Below, piece after piece: positions 9,119 through 20,056 of a stretch of 64,000 bases of DNA. The notes under the pieces are model-generated. The model made no database searches, was not told the origin of the DNA, and was given only the letters and a program-made list of their open reading frames with translations. The translations under genes and the position numbers were made by a program. The stretch covers positions 3,390 to 67,389 of the forward strand of contig CALXMS010000001.1 of NCBI GenBank assembly GCA_944389535.1, in the 5' to 3' direction. Source of the DNA: an uncultured Alphaproteobacteria bacterium (GTDB lineage: Bacteria > Pseudomonadota > Alphaproteobacteria > Rs-D84). Numbering within the stretch: the first letter of the stretch is position 1; every line of letters starts with the position of its first letter.

Positions 9119-9679
9119 TTATTTTTCTTCTGCCGCTTCGTTATTCTCTATTTTTTTACCGTCACGACCTGCGATAATTTCTGCAACTGTTTTTCCGCGA
9201 CGCGCAGCAACTGTTTTCGGTGAATTCATTTTAGCAAACGCCATAAACACTGCACGAATCATATTATTTGGATTATTGGAACCTTGTGACTTAACAACGA
9301 TGTCTTGAACGCCCAAGCATTCAAATACCGCACGCAAAGCACCACCTGCGATTATACCTGTACCAGGAACAGCGCTGCGAACGACTAATTTACTTGCACC
9401 ATATTTAGCGGAAGTATCGTGGTGTAACGTACGACCTTCTTTTAAAGGTACGCGAATCATTTTTGCCTTAGCAGCTTTTGTTGCTTTTTGTACTGCACTT
9501 TGAACTTCCAAGGCCTTACCTTTACCGAAACCAACGCGTCCTGCCTTATCACCGACCACAACCAAGGCCGAGAAAGACATATTACGTCCACCTTTTACAG
9601 TTTTAGAAACGCGGTTGATAGAAACTAATTTATCTACCAAATTATCCGTCTGTAATTTTTTATCATCAAAACGTGCCAT
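9119..9679 (-). CDS. rpsE: 30S ribosomal protein S5
   Basis: ..[27 protein letters not shown].. Confidence 0.96.
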   Translation of the reverse strand: MARFDDKKLQTDNLVDKLVSINRVSKTVKGGRNMSFSALVVVGDKAGRVGFGKGKALEVQSAVQKATKAAKAKMIRVPLKEGRTLHHDTSAKYGASKLVVRSAVPGTGIIAGGALRAVFECLGVQDIVVKSQGSNNPNNMIRAVFMAFAKMNSPKTVAARRGKTVAEIIAGRDGKKIENNEAAEEK

Positions 9680-9711
9680 TTATAAACTCCGTATATTCTC
9701 AGAAAACCCGA

Positions 9712-10068
9712 TTAAATTCTAACCCCACCTGCGCGGATAGCTTCGCACAGAGCCTTTACACGACCGTGATAGCGATAACCGCCACGGTCAAAATAACAAT
9801 TATCCGCTATTTTGGCCTTAACAGCGCGTTCTGCGAACGCCTTACCTACCATTTCCGCCCCAGCGACGTTCCAGCCTTTTCCTTTGAAATCTTTTTCTTT
9901 TGACGACGCAGCGCAGATTGTATGACCTTTTGTATCGTCAATAGCCTGTATTTCAATATGACGACCAGAACGGAAAACCGACAAGCGAATTTTACCTGGG
10001 TTCTTTCTTTTTAGCGCACTACGATTTGCCAAAGTGCGTCTTTCTTCTGTAGACAAATGTTTCAACAT
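9712..10068 (-). CDS. rplR: 50S ribosomal protein L18
   Basis: ..[35 protein letters not shown].. Confidence 0.96.
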   Translation of the reverse strand: MLKHLSTEERRTLANRSALKRKNPGKIRLSVFRSGRHIEIQAIDDTKGHTICAASSKEKDFKGKGWNVAGAEMVGKAFAERAVKAKIADNCYFDRGGYRYHGRVKALCEAIRAGGVRI

Positions 10069-10088
10069 TTTTGTTTCCTTTTTTCCGA

Positions 10089-10106
10089 TCCCCGTAACAG
10101 CGGAGA
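10089..10106 (-). promoter_or_regulatory. Hairpin TCTCCG-CTGTTA-CGGGGA just upstream of the rplR RBS (one copy of a shared motif)
   Basis: On the minus strand the loop CTGTTA and the CCG/CGG stem core are identical to the hairpin at 12062-12081. Confidence 0.45.
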
Positions 10107-10123
10107 CTCACTTTTTTTATTTA

Positions 10124-10675
10124 TTATTTCTTTTTACCTTCCTTACGACGGATTCTTTCGCCTTTATAGAATATGCCCTTACCTTTATAAGGGTCGGCTT
10201 TACGAACCTTATGAATTTTATCGGCGAATTGACCAACCAAGCATTTATCTATACCTTTAACGGCAAATTCTGTCGGCGTTTCACCCATCTGAACTGTTAA
10301 ACCAGCTGGAATTTCCATGATGACGTCATGCGAATACCCTGCAACCAGAACTAATTTATTTCCGCTGACAGATGCCTTATAACCGACGCCCTTCATATAC
10401 ATTTCTTTGGTAAAGCCTTTGGTAACACCTTCGACCGCAGCACGAACGTTACGTGTCATTGTACCCCACATAGCACGAGAAGTTTTATCTTCTGCATCTT
10501 TTGGTGTAACGACAACCTGATCAGCTTCAACAACGACGTCGACCAAACCAGAATGCTTTGTATCCATTGGGACTTTTATTTCACCCTTAGGGCCCTTAAC
10601 TGTCAAGACGCCATCAGCAACAACCGCCGATACGCCTTCTTTCAATTTAACTGGATGTTTTCCTGCACGAGACAT
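10124..10675 (-). CDS. rplF: 50S ribosomal protein L6
   Basis: MSRAGKHPVKLKEGVSAVVADGVLTVKGPKGE.. Confidence 0.96.
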   Translation of the reverse strand: MSRAGKHPVKLKEGVSAVVADGVLTVKGPKGEIKVPMDTKHSGLVDVVVEADQVVVTPKDAEDKTSRAMWGTMTRNVRAAVEGVTKGFTKEMYMKGVGYKASVSGNKLVLVAGYSHDVIMEIPAGLTVQMGETPTEFAVKGIDKCLVGQFADKIHKVRKADPYKGKGIFYKGERIRRKEGKKK

Positions 10676-10695
10676 AATTCAATCCTCACTTAATA

Positions 10696-11094
10696 TTAGA
10701 TAACCTTGCACAACACTTCACCGCCGACATTCATCAGGCGAGCTTTGTGATCTGTCATAACACCGTTTGGCGTAGAGACAATTGCTATACCTAAGCCATT
10801 CAAAACCCTTGGCATTTTTGCGCTACCAGAATACACGCGACGTCCTGGTTTTGAAACAACTGTTATTTCTTGGATTGCCCCGTTTCCACCGACATATTTT
10901 AATTCGATGACCAAATTAGCACGATGTTCGTCTATTTGTTCTTTGCGGAAATCAGTAATGAAACCTTCGTCCTTTAATACAGACAATACTGCAGCGCGCA
11001 GTTTGCTGTTTGGGACAGTTACAAATTCTTTACCGGCATTCTGACCGTTACGAATACGGGTCAGCATATCTCCGATTGGGTGTGATAATGACAT
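10696..11094 (-). CDS. rpsH: 30S ribosomal protein S8
   Basis: MSLSHPIGDMLTRIRNGQNAGKEFV.. Confidence 0.96.
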   Translation of the reverse strand: MSLSHPIGDMLTRIRNGQNAGKEFVTVPNSKLRAAVLSVLKDEGFITDFRKEQIDEHRANLVIELKYVGGNGAIQEITVVSKPGRRVYSGSAKMPRVLNGLGIAIVSTPNGVMTDHKARLMNVGGEVLCKVI

Positions 11095-11176
11095 CTATTT
11101 TACTCCTTGTTACACAGCCAGTTTACCCAGCTGAAACCAGTTGCATTGTCCACAACTGGGGTTTATTAAATATATT

Positions 11177-11479
11177 TTACCAGCTTGATTTACGAACGCC
11201 TGGTAATTTACCTTCGGAAGCCATCGTACGCAATTGCTGACGGCACAAACCGAACATACGAGAAAAACCGCGAGCACGTCCCGTAACCGAACAACGATTA
11301 TGCAGGCGAGTCGGATTTGCATTACGTGGCAATTTTGCCAGTTTTTTCATCGCTTCCATACGTTCATCAGGCGTCGCATTCACAGACATTTTTGCCTTGA
11401 TTGTTTCGCGCTTTTTTGCGTATTGTGCGACCAATTTCTCACGTCTTTTTTGTTTATTTATCAACGCTAATTTAGCCAT
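11177..11479 (-). CDS. rpsN: 30S ribosomal protein S14 (long, 100-aa form)
   Basis: MAKLALINKQKRREKLVAQYAKKR.. ..LPGVRKSSW. Confidence 0.96.
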   Translation of the reverse strand: MAKLALINKQKRREKLVAQYAKKRETIKAKMSVNATPDERMEAMKKLAKLPRNANPTRLHNRCSVTGRARGFSRMFGLCRQQLRTMASEGKLPGVRKSSW

Positions 11480-11494
11480 TTTTATTACCTTTTA

Positions 11495-12040
11495 TTATTT
11501 CAAAACCAGCGGCAGACCGATTTTAGTCAGCAATGCGCGCGCCTCGTCATCTGTTTTCGCAGTTGTTGCAATCACGATATCCATACCGCGAATAGCATCA
11601 ATTTTATCAACAGAAATTTCTGGGAATATCAAATGTTCTTTAATACCAAAAGCATAGTTACCACGACCGTCAAATTTAGACTTTGATAACCCACGAAAGT
11701 CTTTAACACGTGGCAACGCAATGACAATCAATTTATCCAAGAAATCATACATTCTTTTACCACGTAAAGTAACCTTTGTTCCAATCGGCTGACCTTCACG
11801 CAAACGATACGTTGCGATAGACTTTTTTGCACGTGTAACGACCGGTTTCTGTGCTGCAATTGCCGTCAAATCAGCAACTGCGGAATCCAATTTCTTTTTA
11901 TCAGAAACGGCTTCACCCACCCCCATATTCAAAACTATCTTTGTAAGTTTTGGAACTTCTAATTTATTTTTGTACCCGAATTCTTTAATTAATTCAGGAA
12001 CAATCTGCTTTTCATAAATTTCACGCAATCTGCTTTGCAT
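11495..12040 (-). CDS. rplE: 50S ribosomal protein L5
   Basis: [25 protein letters not shown]... The start was moved to the ATG at 12040 (AAGGAA RBS). The track's longer N-terminus runs through an intercistronic hairpin. Confidence 0.95.
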   Translation of the reverse strand: MQSRLREIYEKQIVPELIKEFGYKNKLEVPKLTKIVLNMGVGEAVSDKKKLDSAVADLTAIAAQKPVVTRAKKSIATYRLREGQPIGTKVTLRGKRMYDFLDKLIVIALPRVKDFRGLSKSKFDGRGNYAFGIKEHLIFPEISVDKIDAIRGMDIVIATTAKTDDEARALLTKIGLPLVLK

Positions 12041-12061
12041 TTTTTTATTCCTTAACGTTTT

Positions 12062-12081
12062 GCCTCCGTAACAGCGGAAGC
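12062..12081 (-). promoter_or_regulatory. Hairpin GCTTCCG-CTGTTA-CGGAGGC just upstream of the rplE RBS (candidate r-protein operator)
   Basis: 7-bp stem with a 6-nt CTGTTA loop on the minus strand. This is the same motif as at 10089-10106. Confidence 0.45.
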
Positions 12082-12090
12082 CAGTTTTCA

Positions 12091-12393
12091 TTATAATTCC
12101 GCACCGGATTTTTTTGCAATGCGAACTTTTTTATCGCCGTCTACTTTGTAACCAACGCGAGTTGCTTTTTTAGTTTTAGGATCAACCAACGCAACGTTAG
12201 AAACGTGTATAGGTGCTTCACGGTCAACAATATGACCTGGTTGTTCTTGTGTTGGTTTAACGTGCCATTTATGACGATTGACACCTTCTACCACCACACG
12301 GGATTCCGTTGGACGTGCTTCCAGAACTTTTCCTTTGACGCCCTTATATTTTCCCGAAATAACTACGACTTCATCACCTTTCTTAATTTTCAT
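12091..12393 (-). CDS. rplX: 50S ribosomal protein L24
   Basis: [24 protein letters not shown].. Confidence 0.96.
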   Translation of the reverse strand: MKIKKGDEVVVISGKYKGVKGKVLEARPTESRVVVEGVNRHKWHVKPTQEQPGHIVDREAPIHVSNVALVDPKTKKATRVGYKVDGDKKVRIAKKSGAEL

Positions 12394-12429
12394 TTCATTA
12401 ACCTTTTGTCTTTTATATTTAGTTCGGTA

Positions 12430-12804
12430 TTATATAACTTCTGGTGCCAAAGATACAATTTTCTGAACATCATATTTGCGACGAACTTCACGCGCAATCG
12501 GTCCAAAAATACGTGTACCAATCGGTTCAAAATTATTTTTATTTATCAGAACAACCGCATTGTCATCAAAGCGAATTATTGAACCATCTGGACGTTTCAC
12601 AGGGAACTTTGTACGAACGATGATTGCACGTTGTACCGTACCCTTTTGAACCTTACCGCGTGGAATTGCTTCTTTAATGGCAACGACGATTTTGTCACCA
12701 ACCGTCGCATAGCGACGATGAGAACCGCCAAGAACCTTAATGCACATAGCTTTACGCGCACCAGAGTTATCAGCGACTGTCATAACTGTTTCGTTTTGTA
12801 TCAT
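12430..12804 (-). CDS. rplN: 50S ribosomal protein L14
   Basis: [28 protein letters not shown].. Confidence 0.96.
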   Translation of the reverse strand: MIQNETVMTVADNSGARKAMCIKVLGGSHRRYATVGDKIVVAIKEAIPRGKVQKGTVQRAIIVRTKFPVKRPDGSIIRFDDNAVVLINKNNFEPIGTRIFGPIAREVRRKYDVQKIVSLAPEVI

Positions 12805-12903
12805 AACTTTTCACCTTTTTCCTGCAAGCGAGGCAATCCCTCACTGCTTTGTTATAGGTTCCGACTGCGCAAAGCGCCTCAAAGAACCTGTTTGTGACAC
12901 TAT

Positions 12904-13173
12904 TTAATCGGCTACTTCAACCGTTTCGTCCTTAGAAACGCCGACGCGCCCCTTTACAACCCAAGACTTAGTCTTGGAAATTGGACGATGTTCTTCAATG
13001 GCAACAATATCACCAACTTTATATTCGTTGTTTTCATCGTGTGCCTTGTATTTTTTATTCTGCTTTACGAACTTACCATACAAAGGATGACGGAAACGGC
13101 GTTCTACTTCTACAACGACTGTTTTGTCATTTGCTGTACTTGTTACTGTTCCTTGCAGTATACGTCTTGGCAT
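12904..13173 (-). CDS. rpsQ: 30S ribosomal protein S17
   Basis: [34 protein letters not shown].. Confidence 0.96.
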   Translation of the reverse strand: MPRRILQGTVTSTANDKTVVVEVERRFRHPLYGKFVKQNKKYKAHDENNEYKVGDIVAIEEHRPISKTKSWVVKGRVGVSKDETVEVAD

Positions 13174-13304
13174 AACTTTTGTCCCTTATTACTTTTATAT
13201 TCGTACGTTCTTAATTTAACGAACGCACAAATTAACTACCCATTTACTCGATTTCGCATATGATATCTAAAAATTTAGAAATCTCAACAAAAATCGATAA
13301 TTTT

Positions 13305-13499
13305 TTATTTTTTCGCAGCGTTTAACTGTGTTTTAACGCGTGCGATCTTACGACGAGTCTGACGAATAACGTGAGTTTTCGGCAATTGACCCGCAGAATG
13401 CTGAAAGCGCAGATTCATCTGTTCTTTTTTCAGATTTTCTAATTCGCTTTGCAACGCTTCTTTCGTCAAAGATTCTTTTGCAACTTTCTTTTCTGCCAT
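13305..13499 (-). CDS. rpmC: 50S ribosomal protein L29
   Basis: ..[35 protein letters not shown].. Confidence 0.94.
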   Translation of the reverse strand: MAEKKVAKESLTKEALQSELENLKKEQMNLRFQHSAGQLPKTHVIRQTRRKIARVKTQLNAAKK

Positions 13500-13547
13500 T
13501 TTTTTACCCTTTTGCCCTGCCCCGTTTAAACGGTGTGCAATTTATAA

Positions 13548-13961
13548 TTAATTGACCTTACGTTCAACAACCTTCGTTTTAACCGGCAATTTTGCCGCCG
13601 CCAAAGCAAATGCTTCGTATGCAACTTCCGGTTTTACACCGTCCAGTTCGAATAGAATACGTCCAGGTTTAACGCGACAAATCCAGTATTCAACTGCACC
13701 TTTACCTTTACCCATACGAACTTCGGCTGGTTTTTTAGTAACAGGAACGTCTGGGAACACACGAATCCATAATTTACCCATACGTCTCATATGACGCGTG
13801 ATTGCACGACGTGCAGCCTCAATCTGACGCGCAGTTACGCGTTCAGGCGTCATCGCTTTCAGCCCAAAAGACCCAAACGCTAATTCACTGCCACCTTTGG
13901 CAACACCGTGAATACGACCTTTGTGCTGTTTGCGAAATTTTGTTTTATTTGGCATTAACAT
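13548..13961 (-). CDS. rplP: 50S ribosomal protein L16
   Basis: [24 protein letters not shown].. Confidence 0.96.
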   Translation of the reverse strand: MLMPNKTKFRKQHKGRIHGVAKGGSELAFGSFGLKAMTPERVTARQIEAARRAITRHMRRMGKLWIRVFPDVPVTKKPAEVRMGKGKGAVEYWICRVKPGRILFELDGVKPEVAYEAFALAAAKLPVKTKVVERKVN

Positions 13962-14028
13962 AATAACTACCTTTTAATTTCTTTGTTTAATTTTTGATTG
14001 CTCGACACCATATAGATGCCGTCAAAAA

Positions 14029-14730
14029 TTATTTGCTTTTTCTTTCGCTGCTGCCGGCATATTCAGTTGGGCGAGCCATTTCAGATGCCAGCTTTTCTTT
14101 ATTTACAACGTCACCCGTATAAATCCAAACTTTTACACCGATAACACCGTAAGTTGTTTTTGCCTGAATTGACGCATAGTCAATATCAGCACGCAATGTA
14201 TGTAGCGGTATACGACCCTCACGGATTTGTTCACTACGAGCAATTTCCGCACCGTTCAGACGACCCGAGCACATAACTTTAATACCCTGTGCACCCGCTT
14301 TTACAGCGTTCTGAACGGCTTTTTTCATTGCGCGTTTGAAGGAAACACGACCTTCGATTTGTTGCGCAATGCTTTGCGCAACCAATTGTGCGTTTAAGTC
14401 CGGACGACGAACTTCATAAATATTTACAACAACTTGATCGTTTTTAACTAACTTTTTAATGTCATTACGTAACGCTTCGATATCCGCACCGTTTTTACCG
14501 ATAATCATACCCGGACGAGATGTATGAATTGTAACGACTACTTTTTTAGCAAAACGTTCAATTACAACCTTTGCCAAACCTGCTTTTTTTAACTTCTTTT
14601 CAATGAATTTGCGGATTTTGATATCTTCTGCCAATAACGCAGCATAATCTTTTTTACCCGCTATCCAGCGTGAATCTGTTACTTTATTAATGAACTCACG
14701 CAATGAGATTGGTGATACTTTCTGTCCCAT
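14029..14730 (-). CDS. rpsC: 30S ribosomal protein S3
   Basis: [11 protein letters not shown].. with KH and S3-C domains in the expected position. Confidence 0.96.
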   Translation of the reverse strand: MGQKVSPISLREFINKVTDSRWIAGKKDYAALLAEDIKIRKFIEKKLKKAGLAKVVIERFAKKVVVTIHTSRPGMIIGKNGADIEALRNDIKKLVKNDQVVVNIYEVRRPDLNAQLVAQSIAQQIEGRVSFKRAMKKAVQNAVKAGAQGIKVMCSGRLNGAEIARSEQIREGRIPLHTLRADIDYASIQAKTTYGVIGVKVWIYTGDVVNKEKLASEMARPTEYAGSSERKSK

Positions 14731-14826
14731 TTTATTTTTTCCTTACTGTTTTATGGCAAGCGTTCTTGAAGACCCGGCACAGATCTTTATTCAGGAAGTT
14801 CTCTTCCATACCGCCTGCCACTTTTG

Positions 14827-15258
14827 TTATTTTGCCTTTGCTTTTGTTTCTTTTTTAGCTGTTTTAGTTGCCTTTACAGTTTTCTTTGCAGGTGCCGCAC
14901 CAGATTCCAAAACAATTGTCAAATTAGAAAACGGTTTTAGAATAGGACGTGCACTTCCACGTGGACCTGGGAATATGCGCTTCATTGTCAAGGCTTTACC
15001 GCACCAAATTTCTTTGACGTACAGGCTTTCCACCGGCAGATTTTTATTATGTTCTGCGTTAGCGATGGCAGACAATAAAGTTTTCAAAACTTCACCAGAT
15101 ACGCGTTTTTTAGAAAACTTCAAGACATCAATTGCACGTTCAACTGGCAAACCACGTACCAAATCACAAACCAAATTTAACTTTTGGTGACTGATACGAA
15201 TCATCTTGTTGAAAGCGCGTACTTGATTATCTTTAATTCCATATCTTGTCGTTGTCAT
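14827..15258 (-). CDS. rplV: 50S ribosomal protein L22 (Lys/Ala-rich C-terminal tail)
   Basis: ..MIRISHQKLNLVCDLVRGLPVERAIDVLKFSKKR.., with the tail ..KKTVKATKTAKKETKAKAK. Confidence 0.95.
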   Translation of the reverse strand: MTTTRYGIKDNQVRAFNKMIRISHQKLNLVCDLVRGLPVERAIDVLKFSKKRVSGEVLKTLLSAIANAEHNKNLPVESLYVKEIWCGKALTMKRIFPGPRGSARPILKPFSNLTIVLESGAAPAKKTVKATKTAKKETKAKAK

Positions 15259-15303
15259 GACTGTTACCTTATTCTTTATATTCCAGTTAGCCGCTATAAT
15301 TTA

Positions 15304-15591
15304 TTATTTTTTAGCCGCCGCTGCTTTTTTATTTGCTGCGTGTCCTTTGAACGTACGCGTTGGTGCAAATTCACCCAATTTATGACCAATCATATCTTCA
15401 ACGATTGATACAGGTATAAACTTGTTACCATTGTGTACTTCAAACGTCAAACCAACCATAGGTGGTATGATGGTACTGCTGCGAGACCAAGTTTTAATTG
15501 GTTTATGATCATTTTTTTCATTAGCCGCCGCAACCTTTTTTAATACGGACGGATGAACATAAGGACCTTTCCATACTGAACGAGACATCAT
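15304..15591 (-). CDS. rpsS: 30S ribosomal protein S19
   Basis: [19 protein letters not shown].. Confidence 0.96.
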   Translation of the reverse strand: MMSRSVWKGPYVHPSVLKKVAAANEKNDHKPIKTWSRSSTIIPPMVGLTFEVHNGNKFIPVSIVEDMIGHKLGEFAPTRTFKGHAANKKAAAAKK

Positions 15592-15607
15592 TTACTCCGT
15601 TTTTCTA

Positions 15608-16441
15608 TTATTTTTTCTTTGCCAAATGTCTGCTGCGAATAATCATCTTTGCAGTACGTTTATTGCTACGGGTACGATATCCCTTGGCTGGAATACCTGT
15701 ACGTGATACCGGTTCGTGGCCCTTAGAGTGACCATTACCACCACCCATTGGGTGATCAACAGGGTTCTGTGCCATACCGCGAACAGATGGGCGAATACCC
15801 AACCAGCGTGCGCGACCGGCCTTACCCAAGTTGACGTTACGTTGGTCAGGATTAGATACACTGCCAACTGTCGCCATACAATCGGAATGAACTTTGCGCA
15901 ACTCACCGCTGTTCATTTTTATCTGAGCATAGACACCGTCTTTACCCATCAACTGCGCATAACAACCTGCACTACGGGCCAACTGACCACCGGCACCAGG
16001 TTTCAATTCAACATTATGCACAATTGTACCGATTGGCATATTTTTCAAAGGCATTGCATTACCCGGTTTAATATCTTCACGTTCACCGGAAATAACAACG
16101 TCACCTGCTTTTAAATCACGGGGTGCCAAAATATATGAACGAGCACCATCCGTATATTCAATCAATGCGATGAACGCCGTACGATTCGGATCATATTCCA
16201 AACGAACAACCGTTGCCGGTACGCCCTTTTTCTTACGAGCAAAATCAATTAAACGATATTTACGTTTATGACCGCCACCTTGATGCATAACGGTTACGTG
16301 TCCGAAATTATTACGTCCACCTTTGGACTTCAAACCAACAGTCAACGCCTTTTCAGGTGCACCGCGATGCAAATCGCTGCGGTCAACTTGTGTCAAACCA
16401 CGAGTTCCCGCTGTTGTTGGCTTATAATGCTTTAATGCCAT
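15608..16441 (-). CDS. rplB: 50S ribosomal protein L2
   Basis: [15 protein letters not shown].. ..[13 protein letters not shown].. ..[12 protein letters not shown].. Confidence 0.97.
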   Translation of the reverse strand: MALKHYKPTTAGTRGLTQVDRSDLHRGAPEKALTVGLKSKGGRNNFGHVTVMHQGGGHKRKYRLIDFARKKKGVPATVVRLEYDPNRTAFIALIEYTDGARSYILAPRDLKAGDVVISGEREDIKPGNAMPLKNMPIGTIVHNVELKPGAGGQLARSAGCYAQLMGKDGVYAQIKMNSGELRKVHSDCMATVGSVSNPDQRNVNLGKAGRARWLGIRPSVRGMAQNPVDHPMGGGNGHSKGHEPVSRTGIPAKGYRTRSNKRTAKMIIRSRHLAKKK

Positions 16442-16517
16442 TTTTTTCTTACCTTTGTTTATGTTCTGACACTAGCATCCTTATATATGGGTTCTCTGCC
16501 AGAACGTTTCATTTTAC

Positions 16518-16853
16518 TTATGCATTTGCCGCCGCAATATCTAATTTCGCATCAGCCGGCAAAGATACATATGCTTTCTTAACGGTACGTTGAACGCCTG
16601 TACCACGACCACGGAAAGATTTTTCTTTCCCTTTAACGACAACAATATTTACCTTTACAGGTTTTACATTGTAAATTGCCTGAATGGCACGTGCTACGTC
16701 TGCTTTGGTTGCGTTTGCGGCAACTTCAAAAGCAATACCGTTATTTTCAGACAGCTTTGCTGCCTTTTCCGAGATTATCGGACGACGCAGTATATCATAA
16801 ATACCGGCGGTCGCAACGATCTTTTTCTCTGCTTTAACTTTTTTTTCTGCCAT
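16518..16853 (-). CDS. rplW: 50S ribosomal protein L23
   Basis: ..YDILRRPIISEKAAKLSENNGIAFEV.. Confidence 0.95.
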   Translation of the reverse strand: MAEKKVKAEKKIVATAGIYDILRRPIISEKAAKLSENNGIAFEVAANATKADVARAIQAIYNVKPVKVNIVVVKGKEKSFRGRGTGVQRTVKKAYVSLPADAKLDIAAANA

Positions 16854-16892
16854 TTTTTAACCTTTTCGTCTTGCCTCAATAGCACAATATTA

Positions 16893-17522
16893 TTATGCCA
16901 ATCTAGCTTCTACCGCCTTGACCGCGTCTGCCGTCAAAACTAATTTGTCATGATTCAATATATCCAAAACATTCAAACCGATTGTCGGTAAAGCATCAAT
17001 GTTTGGAATGTTCGCTGCGGATTTCTTAAAGTTTGCATCTAATTCTGCGCCACCGACAAACAAGGCAGAGTTCAAATCCAATTTTTTCAATTGTTTTGCA
17101 AAAGCACCTGTTTTTGCAGATGACAGTTTTTCAGAATCAATTACAATTAAGTTACCGTCTTTCGCCTTAGAAGACAAAGCCATCTTTAAACCCAAACTAC
17201 GAATTTTCTTTGGCAGATCAATTGCATGATCACGAACGACTGGTCCATGAACTACGCCACCACCACGCATGTGAACGTTATATCTTTCACCCTGACGCGC
17301 GTTACCTGTTTTCTTCTGCTTAAAAGCCTTCTTACCGCTTCCGGCAACGTCAGATACTGTTTTTACCGCATGCGTACCCGCACGAGATTTTGCGCGCTGC
17401 CATGTAACAACGCGATGCAGAATATCTGCACGAGGTTCTAAGCCGAAAATCTGGTCTGCTAAATCAACTTTGCCGACCGCTTTGCCATCAAAATTTATAA
17501 CATCTATTTGCATTTTTTCCAC
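16893..17522 (-). CDS. rplD: 50S ribosomal protein L4
   Basis: ..VVTWQRAKSRAGTHAVKTVSDVAGSGKKAFKQKKTGNARQG.. Confidence 0.95.
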   Translation of the reverse strand: MEKMQIDVINFDGKAVGKVDLADQIFGLEPRADILHRVVTWQRAKSRAGTHAVKTVSDVAGSGKKAFKQKKTGNARQGERYNVHMRGGGVVHGPVVRDHAIDLPKKIRSLGLKMALSSKAKDGNLIVIDSEKLSSAKTGAFAKQLKKLDLNSALFVGGAELDANFKKSAANIPNIDALPTIGLNVLDILNHDKLVLTADAVKAVEARLA

Positions 17523-17550
17523 CTTACTCTATCTGTTGCCCTTTTTATAA

Positions 17551-18300
17551 TTATTCCGCAACAGCTTCTGTTTCGGTTTCTGCTGCTGGTTGTTCTACGG
17601 ATTCTGTTGCCTCCGCCGCTGATTCAGCAACCTTCATTTTTGTCGGAACCGGTAAATCTTTCTGTTCCTTTTTGATTGCATCAACAACCAATACGAATGT
17701 GCCATTTGCACCAGGAACTGCGCCTTCAACAAAAATTAAGTTTTCTGCTTCATCAATGCCAAATACTTTCAAATTCTGAACAGTGACAGTTTCATTACCC
17801 ATCTGCCCTGCCATCTTTTTACCTTTCAGAACGCGACCAGGCCATTCACGCATACCTGTACCACCGATAGAACGATGTGCTTTCAAAACACCATGAGTCG
17901 CTTCTTTACCACCAAAGTTATGGCGTTTCATTGCCCCTTGGAATCCCTTACCTTTACTAGTCGCTTGAACATCGACGAATTGTCCGGCAACAAAATGAGA
18001 CGCAGATAGTGCAGTCCCCGCTGGAATCACGCAATCATCGGAAACGCGAAATTCTACGACCTTACGATAAGGTTTCATACCCGCTTTTTCCGCAGCCACT
18101 GCCTGAGGTTTTGCAACATGTTTTGCTTTTGCCTCACGCATACCTAATACATTTGCGACATAACCATTTTTTTCCATCGTACGATTACCAATTACCGCGC
18201 AATCCCCAACAGACAAAACCGTTACAGGATGTGCGACGCCACCGTCATCGTATAGACGGGTCATTCCTATTTTAGTTGTTATTAAACCACTACGTTTCAT
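17551..18300 (-). CDS. rplC: 50S ribosomal protein L3 (acidic C-terminal extension)
   Basis: MKRSGLITTKIGMTRLYDDGG..PVTVL.., with the tail ..ESAAEATESVEQPAAETETEAVAE. Confidence 0.95.
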   Translation of the reverse strand: MKRSGLITTKIGMTRLYDDGGVAHPVTVLSVGDCAVIGNRTMEKNGYVANVLGMREAKAKHVAKPQAVAAEKAGMKPYRKVVEFRVSDDCVIPAGTALSASHFVAGQFVDVQATSKGKGFQGAMKRHNFGGKEATHGVLKAHRSIGGTGMREWPGRVLKGKKMAGQMGNETVTVQNLKVFGIDEAENLIFVEGAVPGANGTFVLVVDAIKKEQKDLPVPTKMKVAESAAEATESVEQPAAETETEAVAE

Positions 18301-18372
18301 TTTTTTGCCTCTATTCGTTAGTAGGTTGGTTGGTTGTACACACCATATTTACGCCCGACCAACACAAACTTT

Positions 18373-18684
18373 TTACAATTTAATTTTTACATCTACACCG
18401 GACGCCAAATCCAACTTCATCAATGCATCTACTGTCTGAGGGGTTGGATTAACAATATCAACAACCGCTTTATGATTGCGAATTTCGAACTGTTCACGAG
18501 ATTTTTTATCAACGTGAGGAGAACGGTTTACAGTAAATTTCTTAATCAATGTCGGCAAGCGAACCGGTCCAACTACATCTGCGCCAGTGCGCTTTGCAGT
18601 TTTGACAATTTCCTCTACAGATTCCATCAAGACTCTGTGATCAAACGCCGTCAATTTGATGCGAATTTTAGATGCTGGTACCAT
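18373..18684 (-). CDS. rpsJ: 30S ribosomal protein S10
   Basis: [27 protein letters not shown]... The start was moved to the ATG at 18684 (AAGGAAAA RBS). Confidence 0.95.
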   Translation of the reverse strand: MVPASKIRIKLTAFDHRVLMESVEEIVKTAKRTGADVVGPVRLPTLIKKFTVNRSPHVDKKSREQFEIRNHKAVVDIVNPTPQTVDALMKLDLASGVDVKIKL

Positions 18685-18764
18685 TTGTTCGTTTTCCTTA
18701 TCGTTACTCGGGCCGGTAATCACTGGCGTTTTTATCCAGTTACACCGACCCGTTTTACCATTAG

Positions 18765-19952
18765 TTATTTAATGATCTTTGATACAACCCCTGCGCCAAC
18801 TGTGCGTCCGCCTTCACGGATAGCAAAGCGACGACCTTCGTCCATAGCAATAGGTGCAATCAATTGCACTGTGATACGAACGTTATCACCTGGCAGAACC
18901 ATTTCTTTGTCTGCAGGCAAGGTAATTGTACCTGTTACGTCTGTCGTGCTGAAGTAGAACTGAGGACGATAGTTGCTGAAGAACGCTGTGTGACGTCCAC
19001 CTTCTTCTTTCGTCAAAATATAAACTTCAGCTTCAAATTCTGTGTGTGGTGTGATGGAACCTGGTTTGCAGATAATCTGACCACGTTCTACATCTTCTTT
19101 CTTTGTACCACGCAACAGCAAACCTACGTTATCACCGGCTTCACCTTGATCCAACAATTTGCGGAACATTTCTACGCCAGTAACAGTTGTTTTCTGTGTT
19201 GGACGCAAACCAACGATTTCGCATTCGTCACCGACTTTAACCGTACCAGATTCAATACGACCTGTAACAACGGTGCCACGACCTGTGATAGAGAATACGT
19301 CTTCAATTGGCATCAAGAAAGGTTTATCAACCGGACGTTCTGGTAATGGGATGTATTCATCGCAAGCTTTCAACAAAGCATCAATAGATTCTTTGCCCAA
19401 ACCGTCGTTTTTACCTTCCAAAGCAGAAACAGCGGAACCACGAATAATTGGTGCATTCTCACCATCAAAGTCGTTGGCAGACAACAATTCACGGATTTCC
19501 ATTTCAACCAATTCCAACAATTCTGGGTCGTTCGCCAAATCGCATTTATTCAAATAAACTACGATTTTTGGAATACCTACCTGACGAGCCAACAGAATAT
19601 GTTCACGTGTCTGAGGCATAGGACCGTCTGTTGCAGCAACAACCAAAATTGCACCGTCCATCTGCGCAGCACCGGTAATCATGTTTTTAACATAGTCCGC
19701 GTGTCCTGGGCAGTCAACGTGAGCATAGTGACGATTTTCTGTTTCGTATTCAACGTGAGCTGTATTAATTGTTATACCACGTGCACGTTCTTCTGGTGCA
19801 TTATCAATCTGATCAACGCCCTTGCCTTGATCAGCACCAACACCATAGTAGTGAACGATAGCAGCAGTCAATGTTGTCTTACCGTGGTCAACGTGACCAA
19901 TAGTACCAATATTAACATGTGGCTTTGATCTTACATATTTTTCTTTTGCCAT
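18765..19952 (-). CDS. tuf: Elongation factor Tu
   Basis: [32 protein letters not shown].. Confidence 0.98.
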   Translation of the reverse strand: MAKEKYVRSKPHVNIGTIGHVDHGKTTLTAAIVHYYGVGADQGKGVDQIDNAPEERARGITINTAHVEYETENRHYAHVDCPGHADYVKNMITGAAQMDGAILVVAATDGPMPQTREHILLARQVGIPKIVVYLNKCDLANDPELLELVEMEIRELLSANDFDGENAPIIRGSAVSALEGKNDGLGKESIDALLKACDEYIPLPERPVDKPFLMPIEDVFSITGRGTVVTGRIESGTVKVGDECEIVGLRPTQKTTVTGVEMFRKLLDQGEAGDNVGLLLRGTKKEDVERGQIICKPGSITPHTEFEAEVYILTKEEGGRHTAFFSNYRPQFYFSTTDVTGTITLPADKEMVLPGDNVRITVQLIAPIAMDEGRRFAIREGGRTVGAGVVSKIIK

Positions 19953-20056
19953 AGTTTTCTCCTTAAGGCTTTGTTAATTTGATTTATGAAATCTGATTCC
20001 GATTCATCTGAACAAATCATAAACCAGAAATCAAAAATCACAATCTTTTTTTATTT

